The notes: generated by a model not told the origin, from the letters alone. A stretch of DNA of 47,294 nt from Parcubacteria bacterium C7867-007 (GCA_001189195.1 LFCQ01000006.1:122841-170134), one strand, 5' to 3'; numbered from the stretch's first letter, positions 10,480 to 20,266 are shown. A program made the numbers and translations.

Positions 10480-10580
10480 CAAACGGGGTGGGACCCGAAA
10501 ATCCCAGCCGCTCTTGTACAGAGCGGCTTTTTCGTTATCCCCATAACCAAAATGTTATACTGGGTACATAATCAAACTCT

Positions 10581-10823
10581 ATGGAAAAGAACATCACTAT
10601 TTACAGCACCCCAACCTGTCATTTCTGCCAGATGGCTAAAGAATTCCTCACTGAGCACAGTATTCCGTACACTGAGCACAACGTTGCTTCAGACCTTGAG
10701 AAGCGCCAGGAAATGATTGAGAAGAGCGGACAGATGGGCGTGCCCGTTATCATGGTGGGTGATGATCTTATTGTCGGATTCGACAAGGAGAAGCTCTCTT
10801 CACTCGTTGGAATTGCTGCGTAG
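10581..10823 (+). CDS. Glutaredoxin-like protein (NrdH/YruB family)
   Basis: IYSTPTCHFC, SGQMGVPVI, IVGFD. Confidence 0.9.
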   Translation: MEKNITIYSTPTCHFCQMAKEFLTEHSIPYTEHNVASDLEKRQEMIEKSGQMGVPVIMVGDDLIVGFDKEKLSSLVGIAA

Positions 10824-10834
10824 CACAGAGCAAG

Positions 10835-10871
10835 TATAAAAGGGTCCGGCTTTTAGTCGGACCCTTTTATA
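10835..10871. terminator. Intrinsic terminator hairpin
   Basis: tataaaagggtccggc-tttta-gtcggacccttttata. Confidence 0.65.
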
Positions 10872-10889
10872 TGCTACCCTCGCTGTACC

Positions 10890-10961
10890 GCCTTCATAGC
10901 TCAATGGATAGAGCATCTCACTCCTAACGAGACGATCTTGGTTCGATTCCAGGTGAAGGCA
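10890..10961 (+). tRNA. tRNA-Arg(CCT)
   Basis: Acceptor GCCTTCA/TGAAGGC, D arm GCTC/GAGC, anticodon loop CT-CCT-AA, TTCGATT; CCA not encoded. Confidence 0.92.
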
Positions 10962-11006
10962 CTGTAAGAAGCAGGAATGAGGGTCGTCTCCATATATACT
11001 ACGTAT

Positions 11007-11708
11007 ATGAAACGAACCAGCGCGATGGTGAATATAGGGGCAATTGTCTTCGCAGTAATTCTGTGTGGCGGTGCACTATTCCTCTTTTTCCGTCAGTCTA
11101 CAAATACCAACATCTCTGAACCTCTTGCGACGTCGACTGTGGGCATGATTTCAACGAGTACTGAACCTGCTACAAAACCAGGTATATCTGTCCCCACTAC
11201 CCGACCCTTTGGTTCCATAACCCTTAAACTAGGAGAGACTGCACGTTTTGCTGGCCTCTCCATCACTCCTATTTCAATTGTTGAAGATAGCCGCTGTCCG
11301 CTAGATGTGGTGTGTATCCAAGCCGGAACCGTTCGTGTATCAGTGCGTGTTGCAGCAGCAGCAGGAACCAACACTCAAACTCTAACCCTGAATCAAACAT
11401 TCACCACGGAAGCAGAGTCAATCACTCTGACAGAAGTTAAGCCAGCAAAGCGTCAGGGAGATATGAAATCCTCTGACTACGCTCTCACATTTAATGTACA
11501 AAAGCGTACTGTACCAAAACCCTGTTACGTGGGAGGTTGTTCATCTCAGATCTGTACGGATAAGCCAGATATGGTTTCCACCTGTGAATACCGTGCTGAA
11601 TATGGCTGCTACCGCTCCGCAACCTGCGAACGCCAGATAAACGGTATGTGTGGTTGGACACAAACTCCAGCACTGCAGGCCTGTATTGCCAATCCTCCTC
11701 AGCTATAA
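11007..11708 (+). CDS. Membrane-anchored protein with EDSRCP..C motif and C-terminal cysteine-cluster domain
   Basis: N-terminal TM, Thr-rich linker, EDSRCPLDVVCIQAG, C..GGCSSQIC...STCEY...C...C...CGW. Confidence 0.65.
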   Translation: MKRTSAMVNIGAIVFAVILCGGALFLFFRQSTNTNISEPLATSTVGMISTSTEPATKPGISVPTTRPFGSITLKLGETARFAGLSITPISIVEDSRCPLDVVCIQAGTVRVSVRVAAAAGTNTQTLTLNQTFTTEAESITLTEVKPAKRQGDMKSSDYALTFNVQKRTVPKPCYVGGCSSQICTDKPDMVSTCEYRAEYGCYRSATCERQINGMCGWTQTPALQACIANPPQL

Positions 11709-11743
11709 GAAATAGGGAGCACCCAGTGATATAATTGGGGTAT

Positions 11744-12166
11744 ATGAAAACACTAATTCATCGTACAAGTCGTCGGCTCTATGATCCGTCACTCGGTATC
11801 TTCTTTATCCGCCTCATGGTCGGTCTCATCTTCCTCACCCATGGATGGAATAAGGTGGTGGCTCTTTCACAAACCATGGCTATGTTCTCGAACCTCGGTA
11901 TGTGGCCACTCGTAGGGGTGTTCATTGGTTGGCTTGAGGTTATCGGTGGTCTCGCGCTTATCCTTGGCTTTGCAACACGCTTCTTTGGTGTCATCTTCGC
12001 TATTGAAATGATTGCAGCTGCACTCCTTGTTGGTGCTGCACGAGGTTTCAGTGGTATGGAGTTTGAACTTCTCCTCGCAGCATGTTCACTTGGTATCGTG
12101 TTCATCGGTTCTGGAAAGTACTCGGTATATAAGATGGAACGTCATCTTAATCCGGACGTGGGGTAG
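11744..12166 (+). CDS. DoxX family membrane protein
   Basis: RLMVGLIFLTHGWNK, EVIGGLALILGFATR, GSGKYSV. Confidence 0.88.
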   Translation: MKTLIHRTSRRLYDPSLGIFFIRLMVGLIFLTHGWNKVVALSQTMAMFSNLGMWPLVGVFIGWLEVIGGLALILGFATRFFGVIFAIEMIAAALLVGAARGFSGMEFELLLAACSLGIVFIGSGKYSVYKMERHLNPDVG

Positions 12167-12168
12167 GC

Positions 12169-12486
12169 ATGGCGCTCACTGAAGAAGATAATGTAGTGCT
12201 TGCGCGCCTTGAGGAGTTGCTCGAGGAGAATCTTAAACTTGCAGAGGATACTAATCGTATCCTTCGTGAGGTACGTCGTACCGGTCTTATTTCCTTCTGG
12301 GCGAAGGTAATCCTGTGGACCATTGTACTTATCCTCCCACTCTTCCTCATTGGTCCTCTTCTAAGTGCTCTTAAGCCATACTTCAACGCAACGGTTCCAG
12401 ATGGTTCAGCAGCACTCCTTGGTGTGCCATCCCCAGAGCAGATTCAGCAAGCTGTGGAGCTGTTTAAAGCCCAAAATGGGTCGTAG
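12169..12486 (+). CDS. Hypothetical single-TM protein
   Basis: LLEENLKLAEDTNRIL coiled-coil followed by a TM helix; abuts doxX. Confidence 0.65.
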   Translation: MALTEEDNVVLARLEELLEENLKLAEDTNRILREVRRTGLISFWAKVILWTIVLILPLFLIGPLLSALKPYFNATVPDGSAALLGVPSPEQIQQAVELFKAQNGS

Positions 12487-12532
12487 CGTCAGAGATGAAA
12501 TACGGCACCTGCTATGGTAGGATAGCCGTATT

Positions 12533-12605
12533 GCTTGGGTAGCTCAGTTGGTAGAGCGTTCCCCTGAAGAGGGAAGGGTCCCCGGTTCAAATCCGGGCCC
12601 AAGCA
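12533..12605 (+). tRNA. tRNA-Phe(GAA)
   Basis: GCTTGGG/CCCAAGC acceptor, TTCCC-CTGAAGA-GGGAA anticodon arm, CCCGG-TTCAAAT-CCGGG. Confidence 0.95.
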
Positions 12606-12612
12606 CATTTGG

Positions 12613-13674
12613 TTGAAGCAACACGAGCGCCGTCTTGCGAGCGTAGTATTTGTAGGGGGTTTTGTTGGTGATCTGCTCACGTTCACGCTCATTGACCTAT
12701 CATTGGCAAACCTAGTGTTTATAACGTATCTCACGCTTGCTGCGGTGAGCACGTTCTTGGCCCATACCGTCTCTTCACGATTTGATACCGATGATGCGCT
12801 TTGGCGTCGGATTGTTTCCGTGCTCGCCCCCCTCGCAGCTCAGTATGCAATTGGTGCGCTACTTTCAGGTATTCTTATCTTCTACACAAAGAGTGCGACA
12901 CTGGGAGTTTCGTGGCCGTTCCTCCTCCTGCTTGCCCTGGTATTTATTGGGAATGAATTCTTCCGTGGATATCGTGCACATTTGGCATTCCAAACCGTTC
13001 TCTTCTTCTTTACGCTCTATGCCTATGCAATCTTTGCGCTCCCTCTTGCCCTTGGAACACTTGGTCCCGTCACGTTCCTTCAAAGCACCGCTCTTGCAGT
13101 ACTAGCATTTGCTGCTTTTCTCGGCCTCCTTGCATGGATAGGGTGGCAACGCTTTGCAAAGACCTTCCATATGATTGTGGGTGGCTCCATTCTTGTACTC
13201 GTCGTTCTTGTCGGCTCCTATTTCACCTCACTTATTCCTCCCATACCACTAACACTGCGTGATAGTGGTATCTATTATTCTGTTAAACACATACAAGGAG
13301 GGTATGAGGTTCTTGCAGAGAGTGAACGACAGTGGTGGGAACTCTATAAAACACAAATCATCCACCATGTACCAGGAACACCACTGTTTGCGTTCAGTTC
13401 AGTGTTTGCCCCTGGATCATTCACCGCCAAGGTATCTCATGTATGGGAGCGCTATGATGAAAATACTAAGAAGTGGATCAGGCAGAGTATGATCACCTTC
13501 CCACTCTCAGGTGGCAGGGAGGGAGGATACCGGGGATACTCAGAAGTCTCAAACGTTCAACCGGGTGCATGGCGCGTATCTATAAAAACAATATCCGGCC
13601 AAACGATTGGACGGATACGGTTTGATGTTGAGAACGTTGGAACTGCACCAACCCTACACACAGAGACTCGTTAG
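12613..13674 (+). CDS. DUF2914 domain membrane protein
   Basis: 7-8 TM N-terminal part, IPPIPL, FSSVFAP, GGREGGYRGYS, GAWRVSI; start uncertain (TTG). Confidence 0.8.
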   Translation: MKQHERRLASVVFVGGFVGDLLTFTLIDLSLANLVFITYLTLAAVSTFLAHTVSSRFDTDDALWRRIVSVLAPLAAQYAIGALLSGILIFYTKSATLGVSWPFLLLLALVFIGNEFFRGYRAHLAFQTVLFFFTLYAYAIFALPLALGTLGPVTFLQSTALAVLAFAAFLGLLAWIGWQRFAKTFHMIVGGSILVLVVLVGSYFTSLIPPIPLTLRDSGIYYSVKHIQGGYEVLAESERQWWELYKTQIIHHVPGTPLFAFSSVFAPGSFTAKVSHVWERYDENTKKWIRQSMITFPLSGGREGGYRGYSEVSNVQPGAWRVSIKTISGQTIGRIRFDVENVGTAPTLHTETR

Positions 13675-14210
13675 GTTGATTTAACTTTAAGCTTTGTTTG
13701 ACGAGACTTATCAAGCTTTGGCATGACGATGGTGAGAAGACCATCTTTAGCTCCAGCTGATGCATTATCTACATCCACTTCCTGAGGAAGAAGGATGGTA
13801 CGAGAGAACGAACCCCAGAAGAGTTCACGGATGAAATAGTCTTCGTCCGTTACGGCATCACGTTCCTCACGAGCACCCTCAATAACCACCATATCGCGGC
13901 TCAGTGAAAGACTTATCTCATCAGGACGTACTCCTGCAATGAAGGTACGAATAACAATTTCACTAGGTGTTTGATATACATCAACCGGTAGCTCCCCATC
14001 ACTGTGCTTTTCATCAAGAGCATCAAGAGTGTTGTGTGCGCGTGTTGCAGGCATGGTTGAGATAGGAGAAGAAGGTGTTGCGGACATGGTAGAAGATGAC
14101 ATCTTACGAATGGGTTGCTGCTGAGGAACAAAATCGTCCTCGAACGCATCATAGTCGTCCGCGATCGGTACCGATCCGGAGAGTCGCTCGAAGAAAGATC
14201 GTTTTTTCAT
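13671..14210 (-). CDS. Hsp20/alpha-crystallin small heat-shock protein
   Basis: LPVDVYQT, RELFWGSFSRTILLP, DGLLTIVMPK. Confidence 0.92.
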   Translation of the reverse strand: MKKRSFFERLSGSVPIADDYDAFEDDFVPQQQPIRKMSSSTMSATPSSPISTMPATRAHNTLDALDEKHSDGELPVDVYQTPSEIVIRTFIAGVRPDEISLSLSRDMVVIEGAREERDAVTDEDYFIRELFWGSFSRTILLPQEVDVDNASAGAKDGLLTIVMPKLDKSRQTKLKVKST

Positions 14211-14228
14211 AAGAATGAGATAAGTATG

Positions 14229-14939
14229 TTAGCAAACGTTCTTGGCTGCGTGCCGATAGCGGAAATATTTCAAGACCTCAAAGAGTGCAAAGAAGACGAT
14301 TGCACCGGTCCAAACGATGAAGAAGGCAAGCAGCGTATGTGAACCGCCTCCATAGATTATAAAAAAGTTAAACAGGGCATGCAATGCAATCGCAAGGATA
14401 AGTCCTCCTAGTGCAGAGAGGGCACGCAGCCAGCGTGGAAGGGTATACGTGAATGCAAGTGCAAATCCAATAACAGAAGAGGCAATTACATGAAGAAGGG
14501 TTGAACCAACAAAGCGCAGATTATCGGTAGCGAGGCCTGCAAGGTATTGACCTGCACCAAATGGCTCAAGCAGGAAGAGTACGTTTTCAAGTGCTGCAAA
14601 CCCTAGAGCCACAGTGAGCATATAGATCACCAAATCAATAGATTCATTCACTTCACGACGCCAAAGTACAAAGATTGAGGCAAGAGCAAACTTAACGGTC
14701 TCTTCTATAGTGGACCACGCAATAATTTGCGGTAGCCCATCAGGCAAGAGAGAGGCGGCAATAGTTTCAAGAGGTAGGACAATAGGAACAGCAAACATAC
14801 CTGCTATAAACGCGATGGTTATGAGTGTGCGAGGCTCAGGGCAACGCTCATCTTCTTTGAGAAGGAAATGAAGCCATATAAGAGCGGGGAGTACGCCGCC
14901 GAGAAAGGCGTATCCAACCGTAACCATCGAAGGAAGCAT
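14229..14939 (-). CDS. PrsW family intramembrane metalloprotease
   Basis: IEETVK, GFAALEN, TLLH, ALHALFN motifs; start chosen 6 nt after TATAAT. Confidence 0.88.
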   Translation of the reverse strand: MLPSMVTVGYAFLGGVLPALIWLHFLLKEDERCPEPRTLITIAFIAGMFAVPIVLPLETIAASLLPDGLPQIIAWSTIEETVKFALASIFVLWRREVNESIDLVIYMLTVALGFAALENVLFLLEPFGAGQYLAGLATDNLRFVGSTLLHVIASSVIGFALAFTYTLPRWLRALSALGGLILAIALHALFNFFIIYGGGSHTLLAFFIVWTGAIVFFALFEVLKYFRYRHAAKNVC

Positions 14940-14974
14940 GTATTGATTATACAATACGGCGTGTGTTGTAGTCC

Positions 14975-17119
14975 TTACGCGCTAGGCCATTGCGCCACAA
15001 TCAACATCCCTTCTGTTTCTGGAAGACTTTGCCAGATCTCTTCAGTAACAAATGGCATAAATGGATGCAGGAGAATAAGAAGGTCCTTAAGAAGAGCACG
15101 CAGTACCGCCTTACGTGATGCGGCAGCGGCTGCATCATCGCCGCTCAAGATAGGCTTAGACTCCTCAATGATAGTTGATGCAAGCTCGCTCCATGCGTAC
15201 TGGTACAGTTTATCGGCTGCAAGATAGAGACGATATGCCTCCATATCCTTTGTCACATCAGCTGCAAGATTTGCGAATGATGCCTCTAGGGTAAAGTCAG
15301 CCTCCGTACGTGGAGCTTCAAGATCTACGTCCTCAGTGTTTTCAAGAATGAAACGAGTGATGTTCCAGAGTTTATTTGCAAAGTGCTTGTACCCCTTTAT
15401 GCGGTCCTCTGAAAGCTTCATATCTGTACCGGGAGTATTACCGATCACTAGAGAGATGCGTGCTGCATCTGCACCAAACTTATTGATTACTTCTATAGGA
15501 TCAATTCCGTTACCAAGAGACTTCGAGAACTTACGTCCCTGCGCATCCCGAACGAGACCGTGAAGGTATACCGTCCTAAACGGAATCTCACCAAGCACGA
15601 ACTGGCTCATAAGTATCATGCGCGCCACCCAGAAGAATAGAATCTCATACGCAGTTTCAAGTACATCGGTAGGGTGGAAGCGCGCTAGGTCTGGTGCCTC
15701 ATTTGGCCACCCAAGCGTTGAGAAGGTCCAAGAACCAGATGAGAACCATGTATCAAGGGTGTCTTCGTCCTGAACCCATCCCTCTGCTTTCCAGTCTCCT
15801 GCAGGTGCATCTCCCACCACAGATTCTTCACCACGGGTCCATACCGGAACTCGATGTCCATACCAGATCTGACGACTAATACACCAATCACGAAGGTTTT
15901 CGATCCAGTGATAGTACGTTTTGTCGTAGTGGTCAGGAAGAATATTGATTGCTCCTGAACGAACGGGTTCCAGCATCAATTCCTTTAGCGATTTATTGCC
16001 ACGTTCCTTAATGGGCTTGTTAACATCAATAAACCACTGCAGCTTTGGAAGCGGTTCAATAACACCACCAGTACGTTCTGCGGTTGAGATGTTCTGTGTG
16101 ATGGAAACTTCGCTTTCTAACAGATTCTGCTCCTTAAGCCACTCCACCACTTTCTCGCGTGCCTCAGCAACTTTTAGTCCATGTAGTGGACCCTCAACCA
16201 TAATCTTTGCACGCTCATCAATAACTTGAGGATGAGGAAGATTATTTCTTTCACCTATCTCCCAATCTATATGTGCATGTGCTGGTGTAACACCAAGTGC
16301 ACCGGTGCCAAACTCAGGCTCAACACTTTCGTCTGCAACAATCTTTATGTGTAGGGGTGAACCACAGAATTCAAGGTCATATTCATTTCCAATAAACTCC
16401 TTGTATCTTGGATCATTGGGGTGTACTGCTACGGCTGTATCACCAACCTTTGTTTCAGGACGGCTTGTTGCAATCGTGATAGGAAAGTCCTTCGCATACT
16501 TGAATGTATACAATTTTCCTGGACGTTCCTCGTGCACAATCTCATCATCTGAAATAGTAGTCTGTCCCTTAGGATCCCAGTTCACGATGCGTAGACCTTT
16601 ATAGATGAGTCCTGCATCATACATATCCTTGAACATCTGATTCACGGCACGATTACGCGCCTCATCAAATGTAAATGCTTCACGGGACCAGTCGCATGAT
16701 GCTCCCGTTGCACGAATCTGTTTGCGGATCGTGTCTCGACTCCCCTCAACAAACTCATCAATACGACGAACAAGTTCTTCACGACCCAGATCATGGCGAC
16801 TTTTTCCTTCGTTCTTTGAGATGTCCTTCTCAACGCGTGCTTGGGTGGCGATAGCAGCATGGTCAGTACCAGGAAGGAACAGCGCTTCATACCCTTGAAG
16901 GCGACGGAAACGAATCATGATGTCCTGAATCGTGCAGCCAAGCATGTGGCCCATATGGAGTACCCCGGTAGCATTTGGGGGAGGCATCATGATGGTGAAC
17001 GGACCCTTGGTCGCATTCGGAAGATTGTCTGGGTTGAAATAGCCACTTTCTTCCCATGCCTTATATAGGCGGGCCTCGGTCTCAGCAGGTTCGTATGGCT
17101 TTTTAAACTTCTCGTCCAT
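14975..17119 (-). CDS. valS: Valine--tRNA ligase (short form)
   Basis: PPPNATGVLHMGH, GTDHAAIATQ, DWCISRQIW, DTWFSS, KFSKS; ends at AQWP without the C-terminal coiled coil. Confidence 0.95.
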   Translation of the reverse strand: MDEKFKKPYEPAETEARLYKAWEESGYFNPDNLPNATKGPFTIMMPPPNATGVLHMGHMLGCTIQDIMIRFRRLQGYEALFLPGTDHAAIATQARVEKDISKNEGKSRHDLGREELVRRIDEFVEGSRDTIRKQIRATGASCDWSREAFTFDEARNRAVNQMFKDMYDAGLIYKGLRIVNWDPKGQTTISDDEIVHEERPGKLYTFKYAKDFPITIATSRPETKVGDTAVAVHPNDPRYKEFIGNEYDLEFCGSPLHIKIVADESVEPEFGTGALGVTPAHAHIDWEIGERNNLPHPQVIDERAKIMVEGPLHGLKVAEAREKVVEWLKEQNLLESEVSITQNISTAERTGGVIEPLPKLQWFIDVNKPIKERGNKSLKELMLEPVRSGAINILPDHYDKTYYHWIENLRDWCISRQIWYGHRVPVWTRGEESVVGDAPAGDWKAEGWVQDEDTLDTWFSSGSWTFSTLGWPNEAPDLARFHPTDVLETAYEILFFWVARMILMSQFVLGEIPFRTVYLHGLVRDAQGRKFSKSLGNGIDPIEVINKFGADAARISLVIGNTPGTDMKLSEDRIKGYKHFANKLWNITRFILENTEDVDLEAPRTEADFTLEASFANLAADVTKDMEAYRLYLAADKLYQYAWSELASTIIEESKPILSGDDAAAAASRKAVLRALLKDLLILLHPFMPFVTEEIWQSLPETEGMLIVAQWPSA

Positions 17120-17148
17120 TACATGGAATATAGCAAAAAAGAGCCAAT

Positions 17149-18342
17149 TTAGCTCTTTTTTGAAAGTGAACGGTTACCGTTTGCGGTGAGTGCATCAACC
17201 TCTATAAACTCCTTGTGCAGATAACTGTAGTACGCAGCGATGCCAATCATCACGGCGTTATCTCCTGTTAGAAACTTTGGAGGAACGAATAACTTCACCT
17301 CAGGATGATCTTCCGGAAGATGTTCTTGGAAGTATCGACGGATATGAGTACTTGCAGACACCCCTCCACCAATGGCAAGAGACTTGGCACCTGTTTCGAT
17401 AAGCGCTTTAGATGTTTTTGTGTACAGTACGTCACTCACTGCATCTTCGAACGCATGGGCAAGCTGTTGCTTATCAAGTTCAGACAGTTCTTTATCTTTA
17501 ACCAGATACAGCACAGATGTCTTAAGGCCGCTAAAGGAGAAGTCACAATCCTTTGTATCAATCATTGGACGAGGAAGCGTGTATGGATTTGATCCACCAT
17601 CCTCACGATTCCTCTCAGCCAACTTAGAAATTTCTGGCCCTCCTGGATACGGGAGATGCATCATGCGTGCCACCTTATCAAAAGCTTCTCCCACCGCATC
17701 ATCACGTGTCTGGCCAACAAGCCTATACTCTCGCCAGGTGTTTGCTCCAACTATCTCTGTATGTCCTCCAGAAATGAGAAGAGCAAGTAGGGGAAGCTGC
17801 ACATCCTTCAAATCGAATACTCGTGCGTTGCTATCCGGTACTTCTGTAACGAGGGCAGAGAGTGTATGACCCTCCATATGATTTGTTGAAATGAGTGGTT
17901 TGTCCCAGAGTACGGCAAGAGCTCGTGCAAAGTTAACTCCAACCCACAGAGCAGGTTCAAGACCAGGACCCGCCGTTACGGCAATGGCATCAATATCTGG
18001 AGTCTCCATCTCAGAAAGGGAAGTCATAAAGGCTTCACCCAGATCGGGCTCACGTTCAAGAATCTTTAGTATTCGTTCCCGAACATCAGCAGGAATAGCT
18101 TGTGTATCTTCACGAAGCATTTCAGCCTCACTTAGAGTAGCCTCAAGAATAGGCACCAGATTCTTTGCGTGCTCACGCTTCGCAAGGGCCGGGAATACTC
18201 CACCGTACGGTCGGTGTATCTCTATCTGCGAGAGAAGCGTATTGCCCAGAATGGTGAACTGCGCGGCAGTATCATCACCGGTGCATTCCAGTATGGCTAT
18301 CGCTGTCTCGTCGCACGAGGTCTCAATCGCTAGTAGTTTCAT
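17149..18342 (-). CDS. tsaD: tRNA N6-adenosine threonylcarbamoyltransferase
   Basis: LAIETSCDET, GPGL, NHMEGH, SGGHT, DDAVGEAFDKVAR, FSFSGLKT, DNAVMIG. Confidence 0.95.
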   Translation of the reverse strand: MKLLAIETSCDETAIAILECTGDDTAAQFTILGNTLLSQIEIHRPYGGVFPALAKREHAKNLVPILEATLSEAEMLREDTQAIPADVRERILKILEREPDLGEAFMTSLSEMETPDIDAIAVTAGPGLEPALWVGVNFARALAVLWDKPLISTNHMEGHTLSALVTEVPDSNARVFDLKDVQLPLLALLISGGHTEIVGANTWREYRLVGQTRDDAVGEAFDKVARMMHLPYPGGPEISKLAERNREDGGSNPYTLPRPMIDTKDCDFSFSGLKTSVLYLVKDKELSELDKQQLAHAFEDAVSDVLYTKTSKALIETGAKSLAIGGGVSASTHIRRYFQEHLPEDHPEVKLFVPPKFLTGDNAVMIGIAAYYSYLHKEFIEVDALTANGNRSLSKKS

Positions 18343-19180
18343 CTTCGATAAGTGTCCACGGGAATGGTCCTTCACGTGGGATAAGGAAGCCAGAAGAGCT
18401 TGGGTGTCCGTTGCCACCGAACTTTGCAGCAATCTTGCTCACGTCAACAGTTCCGTCTCCGCGAATAGATACACCGTAGCCATTTGGATGTGCGGCAACA
18501 ACCAGTGCAATAGGCCCCTTTTTATCAGAGAGTAAATGGCCAACCATTGATTTCAGTGACTTTAACGGATGTGCAGTTGCGTAGTAGCATTCATACCCCT
18601 CGAACGAAACTAGTTTTGCTCGATCTACAGACTTGAGAGCAAGTAGTTCAAAGTATTCAGCGTACGTACGTGTCTTCTCAAAGAAGGCGTCACGAGTTTC
18701 GGGGTCATCAAGCTTCTTTGCAGTCTCGTCCCATGCCTCAAACGTAAAGGGATGTACTTCAAGGTATGTGATCACTGCACGAGTGTCTGGGAGTGCAAAG
18801 CGGAAGAGATCGTCATCCTGCACATGTGCAAGTAGGGTTGGTATTGGAGTGTCAGGATGGAAGTAACGCCATGCAATACCTGAACCAGATAGATCACTTT
18901 CATATACGTACTCAGGCATAGACTGAATCACATCAGCAACACCTTCGTGATGATCAAGCACCGTCACCTTTGAAGCAATTGAGACAAATTTATCCATCAC
19001 GTCTTTCGTGTAGCAGAAGTCTATGAAGTATAGATGTGCACCCTCAAGACCCTCTGGAAGCGGACTGCCACGATGAAGGGGGATATATTCAGCACTATCT
19101 CCAAACTTCTTCCACGCTGCATAGGCACCACCAAAGCCATCCGGGCAGCTGCCATGATAGAGAATTACTGTTCGTTCCAT
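18323..19180 (-). CDS. DHH/DHHA1 phosphoesterase (nanoRNase-like)
   Basis: YHGSCPDG, LDHH, FGGNGH motifs. Confidence 0.85.
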   Translation of the reverse strand: MERTVILYHGSCPDGFGGAYAAWKKFGDSAEYIPLHRGSPLPEGLEGAHLYFIDFCYTKDVMDKFVSIASKVTVLDHHEGVADVIQSMPEYVYESDLSGSGIAWRYFHPDTPIPTLLAHVQDDDLFRFALPDTRAVITYLEVHPFTFEAWDETAKKLDDPETRDAFFEKTRTYAEYFELLALKSVDRAKLVSFEGYECYYATAHPLKSLKSMVGHLLSDKKGPIALVVAAHPNGYGVSIRGDGTVDVSKIAAKFGGNGHPSSSGFLIPREGPFPWTLIEDETTSD

Positions 19181-19254
19181 ATATACGTTATAGCGTATTT
19201 GGGGTGTGTGGGCGAATTGATCCGACCCGGACTGCGAGCAGCCGGGTCGGTGTA

Positions 19255-19377
19255 TCAATGCATGGGTCGAGTGAGACCCTTCCAGAGAAGGAGACCGAAA
19301 ACGACGGTCACAGCCCCGATGGTGAAGACAGGAATTGATACCGTGTCTTCGATAACTTTATTTATGAATTGCCCCAT
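19255..19377 (-). CDS. Small single-TM protein (40 aa, below the ORF-track cut-off)
   Basis: MGQFINKVIEDTVSIPVFTIGAVTVVFGLLLWKGLTRPMH; AGGAAAGGAAA RBS upstream, GC hairpin (19222-19250) downstream. Confidence 0.55.
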   Translation of the reverse strand: MGQFINKVIEDTVSIPVFTIGAVTVVFGLLLWKGLTRPMH

Positions 19378-19412
19378 GGCAGTTTCCTTTCCTGTATATA
19401 TTGTACTGCTAA

Positions 19413-19448
19413 AACAATACACACCTGCGTATGCAGGTGTGTATTGTT
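19413..19448 (-). terminator. Terminator after tRNA-Val
   Basis: aacaatacacacctgc-gtat-gcaggtgtgtattgtt, 16-bp stem. Confidence 0.7.
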
Positions 19449-19453
19449 GCGGG

Positions 19454-19526
19454 TGCGCGATGCAGGATTCGAACCTGCTACCTTTTCTACGTCAAAGAAA
19501 CGCTCTACCAATTGAGCTAATCGCGC
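19454..19526 (-). tRNA. tRNA-Val(GAC)
   Basis: Reverse complement GCGCGATTAGCTCAATTGGTAGAGCG-TTTCT-TTGACGT-AGAAA...GCAGG-TTCGAAT-CCTGC-ATCGCGCA. Confidence 0.95.
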
Positions 19527-19648
19527 ATGTGGGGCAGGATAACGTATTTTGTGCAATCCCGCCACCAAAACTTCACTGATCTGATTCTTAACTAAGTTAC
19601 GCATACTCCGCGAAGAAGAACGTAATTTGCAGAGTATACTTAAGATAT

Positions 19649-20215
19649 ATGAAAAATACGCATGCATGGGCGATTATCGGAGTCGTGTTCGTAGTTGCAC
19701 TCGGTTCTATCTGGTATATGGTCCAGAAAGTAGGTGAGTATCCTGACGTATCAGACACCGCAACTACCACGGGTGATGCCATGATGGATTCAAAGGGTGG
19801 GGCAATGGGTGGTGCAGTATCAAAGCCTGCAACAGGAGGAACCGTTACTCCAGGTGCAACAGATTCTCGCCCTAAGATCACCAAACTTACTCCTGCAAGT
19901 GGTCGTATTGGAACAGTCGCTGCTATCAGTGGTATGAACTTCGATGCAACATCGAACGTTATCACCTTCGGTCCCTCAAAGGGTCTCCATCATGAGGATG
20001 GTACTCCAGACAATCAGGTAGCGGGCATTCCTTCTGCAGATGGCAAGACCCTTACCTTTAAGGTCCCAACCTCAAAGCCAGGAGGCAATCTTTGTGACAT
20101 AAACAACAAGTGTGAGATACATCCAACACAGCAGACTGAGCCAGGTACCTATGCTGTTCGAGTCATAAACAAGAATGGTCTCAGCAATGAGATGATGTTT
20201 ACGGTGGTTGAATAA
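19649..20215 (+). CDS. Membrane-anchored IPT/TIG (Ig-like) domain protein
   Basis: N-terminal TM, low-complexity linker, PKITKLTPASGRIGTVAAISGMNF...PGTYAVRVINKNGLSN. Confidence 0.75.
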   Translation: MKNTHAWAIIGVVFVVALGSIWYMVQKVGEYPDVSDTATTTGDAMMDSKGGAMGGAVSKPATGGTVTPGATDSRPKITKLTPASGRIGTVAAISGMNFDATSNVITFGPSKGLHHEDGTPDNQVAGIPSADGKTLTFKVPTSKPGGNLCDINNKCEIHPTQQTEPGTYAVRVINKNGLSNEMMFTVVE

Positions 20216-20229
20216 ACCTTCCTTGTTTA

Positions 20230-20262
20230 ATAGAAAAACCCGCCAATGGCGGGTTTTTCTAT
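20230..20262. terminator. Bidirectional terminator
   Basis: atagaaaaacccgcca-a-tggcgggtttttctat. Confidence 0.75.
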
Positions 20263-20266
20263 ATGC

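Noticed and set aside
10042-10571. Overlapping 146-aa (-) and 114-aa (+) ORFs
   Set aside because: By-products of the GC-rich codon usage of the 10027-10479 membrane gene, which has the promoter, RBS and terminator
19034-19667. ORFs of 181, 100 and 101 aa spanning tRNA-Val and the DHH gene
   Set aside because: Overlap a clear tRNA, terminator and CDS; no protein-like motifs
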